IMG/VR virus record: IMGVR_UViG_3300030106_004934
Location: 1 to 52,245 of that record
Source of the DNA: a virus
Taxonomy: Duplodnaviria > Caudoviricetes
DNA: 52,245 nt
Strand: one strand, 5' to 3'
Under the pieces are notes generated by a model that saw only the letters and a program-made list of their open reading frames with translations, had not been told where the DNA came from and did no database searches. A program made the position numbers and the translations under genes. Shown piece by piece: positions 17,614-26,685 of the stretch (position 1 is the stretch's first letter; every line of letters starts with the position of its first letter).

Positions 17614-17864
17614 TGGTTTTACAAACAATGGTAGTTAAATTAATATTCAAAGCTATAATGGAAAAAATTAATGAAAAGCATAATCTTAATAAAATAGATC
17701 GATATGTAAATCAAGATAATGAACTTGATATTAAAGTTAAGTCATTAGAAAAAAAATTAAAAAAATTAGAAAAGGATTCACATCCTAGAGCTGATTGGAT
17801 ATGTATGGATTGTGGATGTAAGGCTAAAAAAATAGAAAAAATTAAAACAAAGAAGAAAAAATGA
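17613..17864 (+). CDS. Hypothetical coiled-coil protein
   Basis: 83-aa ORF, AAGGAG SD. Confidence 0.65.
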   Translation: MVLQTMVVKLIFKAIMEKINEKHNLNKIDRYVNQDNELDIKVKSLEKKLKKLEKDSHPRADWICMDCGCKAKKIEKIKTKKKK

Positions 17865-17983
17865 GTAAAAAAGTAAGCTGGCTATGGGGTGGCAAAAGAT
17901 ATTATGGGACATTTATAAGAGAAACTAAAACACATAAGTTTGCTAGAACTCATAACGGAAAAGTAAAAAAGATTAAAAAATGA
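17861..17983 (+). CDS. Small basic protein (40 aa)
   Basis: MSKKVSWLWGGKRYYGTFIRETKTHKFARTHNGKVKKIKK; ATGA overlap. Confidence 0.55.
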   Translation: MSKKVSWLWGGKRYYGTFIRETKTHKFARTHNGKVKKIKK

Positions 17984-17999
17984 AAATAGGAAATAAATA

Positions 18000-18347
18000 A
18001 TGGCAGCAAGAACAAATCCTGGGCTTAAAGGCTATACAACTGAAGAATGTCAAAATATAGCTTTAGGACAATGTGGCTCTGTGTTTATTAGTGATACTAC
18101 TGAAAATACAGCTCCAAATGGCTTGTTTTATATAGCTATAACTGTAGTTAATGATTGTAAATTTGAAACATTAACTCAGGCAGATAATACTGTATGTTTT
18201 GGTGATGGAGGAACTGCTAGTGATGCTGGCCCTCCAGGAGATCTTGTAGCTAATACAATAGCATTTCCATCTGGACTAACTATATTTGGAAGATGGACAA
18301 CTATTGATTTAGCTCAAGGTAAAGTAATAGCATATTTAGGACAATAA
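18000..18347 (+). CDS. Virion protein, paralogue 1 of 3
   Basis: ALGQ.G...IFG.W...IAYLG pattern shared with 19377 and 19869. Confidence 0.65.
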   Translation: MAARTNPGLKGYTTEECQNIALGQCGSVFISDTTENTAPNGLFYIAITVVNDCKFETLTQADNTVCFGDGGTASDAGPPGDLVANTIAFPSGLTIFGRWTTIDLAQGKVIAYLGQ

Positions 18348-19159
18348 TGGCTTTAGGTTTAGGAATTAGTACAGGAGTGATGGATAGCGGTGGAAATGGA
18401 AAAGATATTCGCCCACCAAGTTTAAATCTTGATGGAGTTGATGATCTTGTTCACGGAACTGCAGGAGATTCAGAATTTGACAGTTGGAGCGATTTTACAA
18501 TTGTTATGTTTATAGAAAATAATAAACATCCTTATTTAGAAAGCAATCATTTAATATCGCTAGGAGATTCGTTTTCCTATAAAAAAGGATTTGATTTATA
18601 TTTTTATAGTGGAAATTTAATAGGATCTTTAGGAGATGGAAGCAGCGGAAGCGATACAGCTATTGTAAATTTAAATCTTGCTTTAAATCATCCTAAAGGA
18701 AGAAATCAAAGAATTCTTGTAGGTTTTAAAGGTGATGCTAGTGAAAATGAAATAACAGCTTTTGGCTATACAATTGTTAAAGGTTACGAAGAAACTACAA
18801 CTTCATTTACATATTCAAATTGGGGAGATGTAGGAGCAAATGTTTCTTTAGTAGTAGGCGGCAAAGATTCAAATGCAGGAACTAGTTTAGCTATTACTGA
18901 AGATTGGGGTGGTGGAGGAATCCATAATGTAGCAATGTGGAAATCTGTTTTAACTGAAGCTAATGTAACATCTCTTTGGAATGGTGGTATTCCTATGGAT
19001 TATGAAGGAATTTTAGGTTCAGCTCCTGATCATTATTGGAAAATGAATAATGACGATGCTAGATTAGGTTATCCAAAAGATCGAGGAAGTGCAACAGCAA
19101 AAAATTTAGCTTTTGCAGGATCCTCAAAAATATCAAAACTTCAGGAGTTAAATCCGTGA
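18347..19159 (+). CDS. LamG/concanavalin-A-like lectin domain protein (tail or receptor binding)
   Basis: SLNLDGVDDLV, FTIVMFI, IHNVAMWKSVLT...LWNGG, HYWKMN. Confidence 0.75.
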   Translation: MALGLGISTGVMDSGGNGKDIRPPSLNLDGVDDLVHGTAGDSEFDSWSDFTIVMFIENNKHPYLESNHLISLGDSFSYKKGFDLYFYSGNLIGSLGDGSSGSDTAIVNLNLALNHPKGRNQRILVGFKGDASENEITAFGYTIVKGYEETTTSFTYSNWGDVGANVSLVVGGKDSNAGTSLAITEDWGGGGIHNVAMWKSVLTEANVTSLWNGGIPMDYEGILGSAPDHYWKMNNDDARLGYPKDRGSATAKNLAFAGSSKISKLQELNP

Positions 19160-19380
19160 TTTATATTATAAAAGATACATCAGATGTAACACAAGAAATG
19201 TTGAATTTAAGCTTGTCTAATAGAAAAACATTAGATGGATCTAAGACTGTTTTAAAATGGAGTGGAAATACTCCTGAAATATTTAAAAATGAAACTTTTT
19301 ATAATGTAGCTGAAATAGGTGCTATAATGAATAAAAATGATGGTGTATGGAATAAAATAAAAGATGAGAGTATTTTATGA
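19156..19380 (+). CDS. Small protein coupled to the LamG gene
   Basis: GTGA overlap; RKTLDGSKTVLKW. Confidence 0.6.
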   Translation: MIYIIKDTSDVTQEMLNLSLSNRKTLDGSKTVLKWSGNTPEIFKNETFYNVAEIGAIMNKNDGVWNKIKDESIL

Positions 19381-19859
19381 GTTTAAGAAATTTAACACCA
19401 CTTACAAAAACAGCTTTATTATTTAATCAAGCTGGAACAGAGTTAGTAGTTTTTGATAATAACAATACTACAGGGCATGCTAGAGGGCATAGCGGCTCAG
19501 GTTCTCAAATATATACAGAAATTATTTTTGGAAATGAATGTGGAAAATTTACTAGTGCTCACAATACAACGGGTACTTATTTTTTCCCACATATAGAATA
19601 TGCAACTTGTATAAAAGGGCTTACCATTCATTCTAGTTTAATAAATGTAGCTCATACTAGAACAGAAGCTAAAAGCTTAACAGGTGATCATTTAGGAAAA
19701 GATGCTATTTATGATCCAGATGCATCAACTTTGCAAAATATAGGTATAGAGAACGGAGATGAAGTTTATGGAAAATTTACAAGAATAGCATTTGAACAAA
19801 CAAGTAGCTCGTCATATTTAGGAAGAGCGTTAATAACATTTGGGCCCAGTCTAAATTAA
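19377..19859 (+). CDS. Virion protein, paralogue 2 of 3 (divergent)
   Basis: LFNQAG...GDEVYGKFTRI. Confidence 0.6.
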   Translation: MSLRNLTPLTKTALLFNQAGTELVVFDNNNTTGHARGHSGSGSQIYTEIIFGNECGKFTSAHNTTGTYFFPHIEYATCIKGLTIHSSLINVAHTRTEAKSLTGDHLGKDAIYDPDASTLQNIGIENGDEVYGKFTRIAFEQTSSSSYLGRALITFGPSLN

Positions 19860-19868
19860 GGAGAAAAA

Positions 19869-20213
19869 ATGGGAAGAATTGTACATAGAGGTGTAAGAGA
19901 ATTTACAGGAGAAGAGCTTTCTGGTGTAGCTTTAGGGCAAAATGGATTTAAAATAATATCAGGAGCAGAAGTGGAATGCGGTGTTACTTCAGGATATGAA
20001 AATATTGCTTATTTTGTAGCTTTAAAAGCTATAGATGTAGATACTGAAGTAGAAGCAAGAAGTATTGCCGCAGGAGACGATTTAACTACTAATAGTGGTG
20101 TATACAATGGAAGTAGTCCTGTAACAGTATTGCAAGGAGATATTATATATGGAGCATTTGATAAGGTAGAGGTTGCTGCAAGTGATTATATAATAGCTTA
20201 TATTGGCAGATAA
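19869..20213 (+). CDS. Virion protein, paralogue 3 of 3
   Basis: ALGQNG...GDIIYGAFDKV...IIAYIG; AAGGAG SD. Confidence 0.65.
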   Translation: MGRIVHRGVREFTGEELSGVALGQNGFKIISGAEVECGVTSGYENIAYFVALKAIDVDTEVEARSIAAGDDLTTNSGVYNGSSPVTVLQGDIIYGAFDKVEVAASDYIIAYIGR

Positions 20214-20228
20214 TAACAAGGAGAAAAC

Positions 20229-20438
20229 ATGGCAAGAAAAAAAAGAATGTCAGGTAAAAAATACGGAGCTGGAAAAGGTGCTCCTAAAATGGCTGGGAAA
20301 CCAGCAATATTATCTCTATCTAGAGTAACAGGAAAAGTTGCTCCTAGTGTAAAAAGAGGTAAAATTACAGTTAGAGGCAAAAGTGTAGCTAGGAAAGCTA
20401 CTTCAGCTGGAAAGAAAAGAGGCAGAGGTTACAGATAA
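20229..20438 (+). CDS. 69-aa Lys/Arg/Gly-rich basic protein
   Basis: No acidic residues; AAGGAG SD. Confidence 0.7.
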   Translation: MARKKRMSGKKYGAGKGAPKMAGKPAILSLSRVTGKVAPSVKRGKITVRGKSVARKATSAGKKRGRGYR

Positions 20439-20585
20439 ATGCAAGATACATTAAAAACAGCGGGAGTAGGTTTAGGTGGATCTTGGGTAGGTTTTATGAA
20501 TTGGTTTCCCGAGGTTATTAGTGTATGTGTTGCAGTAGTAACCTTGATATATATGTGTATCAAGGTATATAAAGAACTAAAGTAG
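20439..20585 (+). CDS. Small membrane protein, holin candidate (48 aa)
   Basis: MQDTLKTAGVGLGGSWVGFMNWFPEVISVCVAVVTLIYMCIKVYKELK. Confidence 0.5.
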   Translation: MQDTLKTAGVGLGGSWVGFMNWFPEVISVCVAVVTLIYMCIKVYKELK

Positions 20586-20595
20586 GGGAGGCTAT

Positions 20596-21375
20596 ATGCC
20601 TAAAGGGGATAAAGGTGTAATTAAACGAGTAATAGTTACACCTGACAAACATTTCCCAATACATGATCAGAAAGCGATTAATGTAGTTTGTAAAGGGATT
20701 GAACTTGTAAAGCCTGATGCTTATGTTGATTTAGGCGATACGGGAGAATGGGAACATTTTAGCACACATTACTGGAAAGGTAGGTTTGCTAAACCAATGG
20801 AAGATTTAATACCATTATTAAATAAAGATGTAAAGGCTGTTAATAAAGGTATGGATCAAATTGATAGATCTTTGAATAAAGTAGGATGTAATGAAAGGCA
20901 TTTTGTGCAAGGCAATCATGAAGTATGGTTAGATAAGTTTGTAACAAGATATCCTTATTTAGATGAATACATGACCTACAATGCTTTAAAGTTAAAAGAA
21001 AGAGGGTATAATTACCATCCTTATAATAAACAAAAAGGTTTAAAAATAGGGAAACTTAATTTTACTCATGGTAAATTTACTTCTAAGTATCATTCTTTTA
21101 AACATTTAGATGTATATGGTGAGAGTATTATGTATGGACATACTCACGATCTACAAAGGCATACTAAAACTCATAGAGGTGGAACAATAAGTGCTTGGAG
21201 CTTAGGATGTTTAAAGGATATTGAAGCAGATGAAGATTGGTTAAGAGGTAGTTTAACTAATTGGAATCACGGATTTGCTATTGTAGATTTTTTTAAAAAT
21301 GGTAATTTCAATGTGCAAGTTGTTGAAATAATAAAAGGGAAAACAAGTCTCTGGGGAGAATTGTTAGAAGGATAA
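20596..21375 (+). CDS. Calcineurin-like metallophosphoesterase
   Basis: DKH, LGD, GNHE, HG and GHTH motifs. Confidence 0.9.
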   Translation: MPKGDKGVIKRVIVTPDKHFPIHDQKAINVVCKGIELVKPDAYVDLGDTGEWEHFSTHYWKGRFAKPMEDLIPLLNKDVKAVNKGMDQIDRSLNKVGCNERHFVQGNHEVWLDKFVTRYPYLDEYMTYNALKLKERGYNYHPYNKQKGLKIGKLNFTHGKFTSKYHSFKHLDVYGESIMYGHTHDLQRHTKTHRGGTISAWSLGCLKDIEADEDWLRGSLTNWNHGFAIVDFFKNGNFNVQVVEIIKGKTSLWGELLEG

Positions 21376-21377
21376 AA

Positions 21378-21686
21378 ATGGATTGGTTTGAATTGTTAGA
21401 ACGATATGGTGTTCCATTAGTAGTAGCTGTAGCATTTTGGCTTTTTATACAGAAACAAAACAAATTTATTCAAGATGAATTGCAAAAAGAATTAAGAGAA
21501 TCCTTTACTCGTGTTGAGGGAATTATTATTAAACTAATAGATAATAGTAAAAAACAACAATTAGAGCAAAAAGGTATAGAGAATAGCTTTAAAACACTAG
21601 TTACTATAATAGCTGAATTAAGTGGCAATGGATTAAAGGATAAATTCCTCAGAATGCAAGAAAAAAATGAAAATAAAAGGTATTAA
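21378..21686 (+). CDS. Membrane protein, holin-like (1 TM plus coiled coil)
   Basis: YGVPLVVAVAFWLFI followed by coiled coil. Confidence 0.55.
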   Translation: MDWFELLERYGVPLVVAVAFWLFIQKQNKFIQDELQKELRESFTRVEGIIIKLIDNSKKQQLEQKGIENSFKTLVTIIAELSGNGLKDKFLRMQEKNENKRY

Positions 21687-21688
21687 TT

Positions 21689-22324
21689 ATGGTAGAACCA
21701 AAAGGTATGTTAAGATATTTAGAAGACGGAAAAGGCAATAGTGAATTATACTATGATGAAACTGGTCAAATCTGGAGTAAAAATCTAAAAACTGATAAAT
21801 ATACAAAAATGAAGGGTAAGTTTGACAGAATGCAAATGGAAACAGCTAATAAGCAATATTGGGAAAGTCAAAAAAAATCTGTAGATAGAAATGTTGCCGA
21901 TTATTGGAATCAAAGCAAAATGCCCGTAGATACAAATGCAGATATTTTTAGCAAAATAGATTACAGACAATTAAATCAGCCAAATGAAGTGGATGCAAAT
22001 TTAGACGTATATAGCAAAACAGATTTTAGGGATTTAAGTCAAGCAAATAAAGTAAATCCAGATTTAGACGTATATGGAAAAACTGACTTTAGAAAAACAG
22101 CTATGGCTAATGAAGTAGATGCAGCTGTAGATGTGTACGGGAAAACTGATTTTAGAGAAATGACTACAGGAGATTCTGCTACTGATGCAGGTGTTGAAGA
22201 TTATTGGAGCAAGCAACGAGTTCCTGTAGATGAAGATATTCCAAAAAGAGCAACAATTGAACAACTGTTAACTAATTATCTAAATACATTAGATGAGATA
22301 GAAGGTTTCGATATTAATAAATAA
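21689..22324 (+). CDS. Hypothetical protein with 21-aa tandem repeats
   Basis: 211-aa ORF with four degenerate V(D/N)xxxD(V/I)(Y/F)xKxD(F/Y)R units. Confidence 0.7.
   Translation: MVEPKGMLRYLEDGKGNSELYYDETGQIWSKNLKTDKYTKMKGKFDRMQMETANKQYWESQKKSVDRNVADYWNQSKMPVDTNADIFSKIDYRQLNQPNEVDANLDVYSKTDFRDLSQANKVNPDLDVYGKTDFRKTAMANEVDAAVDVYGKTDFREMTTGDSATDAGVEDYWSKQRVPVDEDIPKRATIEQLLTNYLNTLDEIEGFDINK
21926..22177 (+). repeat. Four degenerate 63-bp in-frame tandem repeats
   Basis: Units start at 21926, 21989, 22052 and 22115. Confidence 0.85.
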
Positions 22325-22335
22325 AAGGAGAACGC

Positions 22336-22614
22336 ATGGAGTTCATAACAAATCACTTAATGGGTATAATAATTAGCGGAGTATCTGCTTTAGCTTTATG
22401 GGGCTTAAAAAAGATACCTAACGAAGCTATATATTCAAAAGTAGAATCAGTAGGTTTTTGGGCTGGATCTGCTTTAACATTAGGATTAAGTAAGTGGAAA
22501 TTAACTAAAGATATATGGAATAAAACTGTAGAACCTTACTTTGTAGATTTAGTAGATAATACAGCAGGAGCAGCTGTAAAAGGCTTTATTAAAGGATTAA
22601 GAAGTGATTCTTAA
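22336..22614 (+). CDS. Small membrane protein
   Basis: Hydrophobic N-terminus; AAGGAG SD. Confidence 0.65.
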   Translation: MEFITNHLMGIIISGVSALALWGLKKIPNEAIYSKVESVGFWAGSALTLGLSKWKLTKDIWNKTVEPYFVDLVDNTAGAAVKGFIKGLRSDS

Positions 22615-22739
22615 AGGATACATAGAAATACCTGAAGATTTTTGGGAGAGTTCTTACAGCACCCCCCTAATTTCCGACTCTTCGGAAAGTGCATACATAG
22701 TTACTCACGTTCAAAGCTCTCCCAAAATTAAGGATAAAG

Positions 22740-25700
22740 ATGCCTAAAAGAACGCTTACATTAAATGGGTTTGGAGGGGGAATAAATTTAGATGCAGATA
22801 CTGCGGATATACCTGCTGTTGGAAGTAGTGTAGAAGATGAATGCGCAAGATCAAAGAATTTATTTTTAGATAGACAAGGTAAAATAATAGCTGAATATCC
22901 TACTTCTTCATCTGCGACTGGTGTAGCTACAATAAGCAGTGTTAGTACGCCTGGAGATTGGACAAATGGCACATATGCTACACCCTTTACTGCTAGTGGT
23001 GGAGATGGTACTGGTATTTTATTAACATGTGTTGTTACAGGTACAAATCCTACATTTACCATTGTTCATGGTGGAGAAGGCTATACGGTAGGTAATACAT
23101 TGACAGTTGCAACATCTAGTATTAGTGGTACTAGCGGTACTAGTTGCACATTCAATGTAGCAAGTATTAATTCAAGTATAACAGGTGTTACTGAAGATAG
23201 CACAATATACGATTCATCTGCAGAAAGAGTTCTGCTTTATAATGATATATTATATAGAGCTGAAGGTGTGTATAAGCACGGGGAAGTTATATTATATAAT
23301 AAATATGTTGATTATATGTCTTTTGGGCCTACTACTGGAACATTAGGAGCTTTAGCACCAGCAGCACAAACAGATGGAATAGATTTATGGTTTAGACCAG
23401 ATAGAAGACCTGTAGAAGATACTAATGTTGATGGAACTAATACTTGGCCAGGCAAGGGAGCTAAAGGATCTATTAATATATTTTTAGGTACAGGATGCAG
23501 AGGATGGGGTAGTCAAAGCGTAAATAATGGAGCTGTATTGTTTGATAAGCAAATAATTTATGGCCCAGCTAGATATGTTAGATTTACTGAGAAATTAGCT
23601 GGAGGTAGCGGAGTCACAACTGGAACTTTAGGCGCTGCTACTGAAAGAGCAGAATTATGGCACATCACAAATACCATAGGAGACTTTCAAATGAATGAAC
23701 CTGCTCAATATTCAGCAAGTCCTTATTATGGTTCTTTTGAAACTTACCCTCAACATCCTTCAACTGAACATGGTTTGGAAGTATCTGGCGGAGTACAAGT
23801 TGTAGCAACTGGATCTACAGCCTTTACTTTTTCAAATGAAAACACAGATGATGAAGATAATGAATTAATAGACCTTGCTCACAAAGGCTTTGACAATACA
23901 GAGGCAGAGGCAGAGTCTTTAGATGACGCTAAAGCTTTTCATTTAGATACTTTATATTTAGACACTTTAGATTGCGTTCATTCTCAAGCTTCTAATAATG
24001 ATGTTAATGGAGTAGAAAATACATCTTTAAGAGATTTTTTATTTTGCAAAATGCATGGAGAAGGGACTGATTATACAGCCTGGGGTTCAGAGAATGGTGA
24101 AGAAAGTACTGGAGAAGAATATTTTCCTCCTAGTGAAAGAACTGCTGAAAAGGCATGGGCTACTGCCCCTGTCTTATGGTTTGGAGTAGGGAAATGGGAT
24201 CCTAATGCAATAGGTGGTGGAGATGGTTATTATGGACAATATTGCCCCACAATAGAAGGAAAAATAATGCGTCTTCAAATTAAAGTTTTTACTGGAGGTA
24301 TGGTTGTAGGAGATGGAATAGAAGGTATTTATGTAGTAGCTCATACAGGCTCTGAACAAAATTTAAACACTATATCAGATAATGCTGCTTCGTCATATTC
24401 TAAAACTTGGTATATTAGTAGAAGCACTTTAATGAATAACAGAAATGAAAATGATGGAAATTCAGGTTGGTCTGAAGTAGAAATACCTGTATCTAATCAT
24501 TTATATCAAGGCAGTAATTATGAAGGAGATGATAAAATACATTCATTTTTAATATGGCCTAAATTAACATATTCTGATGTAAATGAATTAGCGGCAGATA
24601 AAATATTAATGAAATTAAGAGAATTTAGTTTTGTAGATGAAATTACTAGCGGATGGGCTGCTTATGATTATGTTAAACTTTTTCAAACTAAAATAGCTAA
24701 TGGTATAGAATCTTTGCCTGTGGCTTATACTACTACAAATCAAGAAGACGGAGTAGATTGCCCTGATATACATAAAATAAGAACAGATTCTCAAGAAATG
24801 TTTTTAAGAAAACCTCATGCTAATACTACTTGTAAAAAAGGAAAGATATATTTTCAAGGATGCGATGAAAAAGGAGTTGTATTTGGAGAAAAATATTTAT
24901 TAGCAGAATACGACTATTTAGAAGGAGTTAGATGGGCTGGAACTCAAGACCAAGGATATCAAGCTTGGGCTGCTACTTTAGAAGTTCCTTTTGGGATGAA
25001 TCCTCAAGGAGATACAAGCGCTATTTCGCAAGTTTATAGATTTGAAGATCCTCCTGTTGAGTCTACATTTAGTTTAGAAACAGGTTATCCAGATGGAGCA
25101 GAGACAATAAATGCTTTATTTAAAACAGCAGCAGTGGTTGGCAGACAAGTATTTATAGGGAATGTTGCAAAACAAAAACCTAATGATTCTTCTGATGCAA
25201 AAAAAGCACAGCCATTTATTACAGGCACTACATCTGCTGATGATGATTTTGTTTGGGGCGATAGTTATGTAAGATGGGGTACTAATTCAGGAGATACTGA
25301 ATGGGCTGATCATGGATATAGTGAAGGAGACAGTTTTGTTGTAACTGGAGGAGAAACTTCAGGAACTAATGCTAATTATAATAAAGTATTTACGATTACT
25401 AGTATTAGTAATTATCAAGCTAATATAACGCCTACACCTACAAGTGGTACTGACGATACTGCTAAAACTATTTTTGGATTTGAAGGATACGATCCTTCAT
25501 TATTATTAAAAACTCCAGCAGGACAAGCGTCTGGATTTCCAGATAATTTATATATTGATTTAGAATTTGGAGGAGATGAAATAACTGTATTAGAATCTAC
25601 AGCAGATAGATTGCTTGTATTTTCTAAACATAAGTTAACTATTATTAATGTTGCTCAAGATGTAGAATTTGTTGAAGCGACTATGGATTTTATGGGAATT

Positions 25701-26501
25701 GAAAAACATAGGCAAATTGTAAAAGTTGGAGAAGGTTTTGCTTGGGTTAATTCTTCTGGAGTTTTTCATTTTGATGGACAACAAGTAAATCCTATTTCAG
25801 GTTTAAAACTGAGCGCTATATCTAATATCGATGATTATTCTGATGGCTGGAATGATTCTACTAGTGCTATTGCTTATGATCCATCAAGAGATTTGTTGTG
25901 GGTTTGGATAAATAATGAAAAGATTTTTTATTTTTGCTTTATTACAAGATCGTGGGTAGGGTTTAGTAATATTACAAGTCCTACTGATTTTTATGACGTT
26001 CCTACTACTAATGTTGTAGCAGGTCCTTTGGGTTATGCACACTATGCAAAAGGCTCTACTGCTAATAGAAGGCAATATTTCCTTGGTGTTAATACTAATT
26101 TAGATGTACCTTTAGACCGAGATTTCCTTTGGGAATCAGGCAAAATCCATTGTGGAAGCATGGGAGTTAATAAAAGATTTTATGATGTTTATATTACTAC
26201 TAAAGATGCTGCTAATGCGGTACAACTACAATGGTCTACAGATGGAACAAATTTTTATACTGCATATGTTGATGGATACAAGGGGCAATCAACTAATGAT
26301 AATGATGGCTTAATAGACAGCACTGTCAATGCAGGATTTGGATACGGAACTACAAGATGTGGTTTATCAAATCAAGGAGCGGCTCCTAAAGCTGTAGGTA
26401 AATACATTATATTAAGAATAATTGATATAGGTAATGCTGCAAAATCATCATTTGAAATAGGGGACATGTCAATAATTTTTAGAGAAAAAACGGTAAAATA
26501 A
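22740..26501 (+). CDS. Tail nozzle / stabilisation protein (beta-propeller, podovirus type)
   Basis: N-terminal LNGFGGGIN; C-terminal DRLLVF...GFAWVNSSGVFHFDG...YDP repeats; 1253 aa. Confidence 0.7.
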   Translation: MPKRTLTLNGFGGGINLDADTADIPAVGSSVEDECARSKNLFLDRQGKIIAEYPTSSSATGVATISSVSTPGDWTNGTYATPFTASGGDGTGILLTCVVTGTNPTFTIVHGGEGYTVGNTLTVATSSISGTSGTSCTFNVASINSSITGVTEDSTIYDSSAERVLLYNDILYRAEGVYKHGEVILYNKYVDYMSFGPTTGTLGALAPAAQTDGIDLWFRPDRRPVEDTNVDGTNTWPGKGAKGSINIFLGTGCRGWGSQSVNNGAVLFDKQIIYGPARYVRFTEKLAGGSGVTTGTLGAATERAELWHITNTIGDFQMNEPAQYSASPYYGSFETYPQHPSTEHGLEVSGGVQVVATGSTAFTFSNENTDDEDNELIDLAHKGFDNTEAEAESLDDAKAFHLDTLYLDTLDCVHSQASNNDVNGVENTSLRDFLFCKMHGEGTDYTAWGSENGEESTGEEYFPPSERTAEKAWATAPVLWFGVGKWDPNAIGGGDGYYGQYCPTIEGKIMRLQIKVFTGGMVVGDGIEGIYVVAHTGSEQNLNTISDNAASSYSKTWYISRSTLMNNRNENDGNSGWSEVEIPVSNHLYQGSNYEGDDKIHSFLIWPKLTYSDVNELAADKILMKLREFSFVDEITSGWAAYDYVKLFQTKIANGIESLPVAYTTTNQEDGVDCPDIHKIRTDSQEMFLRKPHANTTCKKGKIYFQGCDEKGVVFGEKYLLAEYDYLEGVRWAGTQDQGYQAWAATLEVPFGMNPQGDTSAISQVYRFEDPPVESTFSLETGYPDGAETINALFKTAAVVGRQVFIGNVAKQKPNDSSDAKKAQPFITGTTSADDDFVWGDSYVRWGTNSGDTEWADHGYSEGDSFVVTGGETSGTNANYNKVFTITSISNYQANITPTPTSGTDDTAKTIFGFEGYDPSLLLKTPAGQASGFPDNLYIDLEFGGDEITVLESTADRLLVFSKHKLTIINVAQDVEFVEATMDFMGIEKHRQIVKVGEGFAWVNSSGVFHFDGQQVNPISGLKLSAISNIDDYSDGWNDSTSAIAYDPSRDLLWVWINNEKIFYFCFITRSWVGFSNITSPTDFYDVPTTNVVAGPLGYAHYAKGSTANRRQYFLGVNTNLDVPLDRDFLWESGKIHCGSMGVNKRFYDVYITTKDAANAVQLQWSTDGTNFYTAYVDGYKGQSTNDNDGLIDSTVNAGFGYGTTRCGLSNQGAAPKAVGKYIILRIIDIGNAAKSSFEIGDMSIIFREKTVK

Positions 26502-26502
26502 T

Positions 26503-26682
26503 ATGAGAACAAAAGCAGAAAGAAGATTGGTACATACAAGTCAATTAAAAACTGTATCAAATAATAACGTAACTAACACAGGCTCAAATAGAGAACGTAT
26601 TGTTGCTAGAAAAGGCAAGGTTCACAAAATTGTTAAATCTGGCGGAAAACAGTACTTTGTAGAGCTTAAAAAGACAAGATAA
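26503..26682 (+). CDS. Small basic protein (59 aa)
   Basis: MRTKAERRLVHTSQ...GGKQYFVELKKTR; fills the intergenic gap exactly. Confidence 0.55.
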   Translation: MRTKAERRLVHTSQLKTVSNNNVTNTGSNRERIVARKGKVHKIVKSGGKQYFVELKKTR

Positions 26683-26685
26683 TTT

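Noticed and set aside
21926-22177. Diversity-generating retroelement template/variable repeats
   Set aside because: No reverse transcriptase; differences are not adenine-specific; simple in-frame tandem repeats
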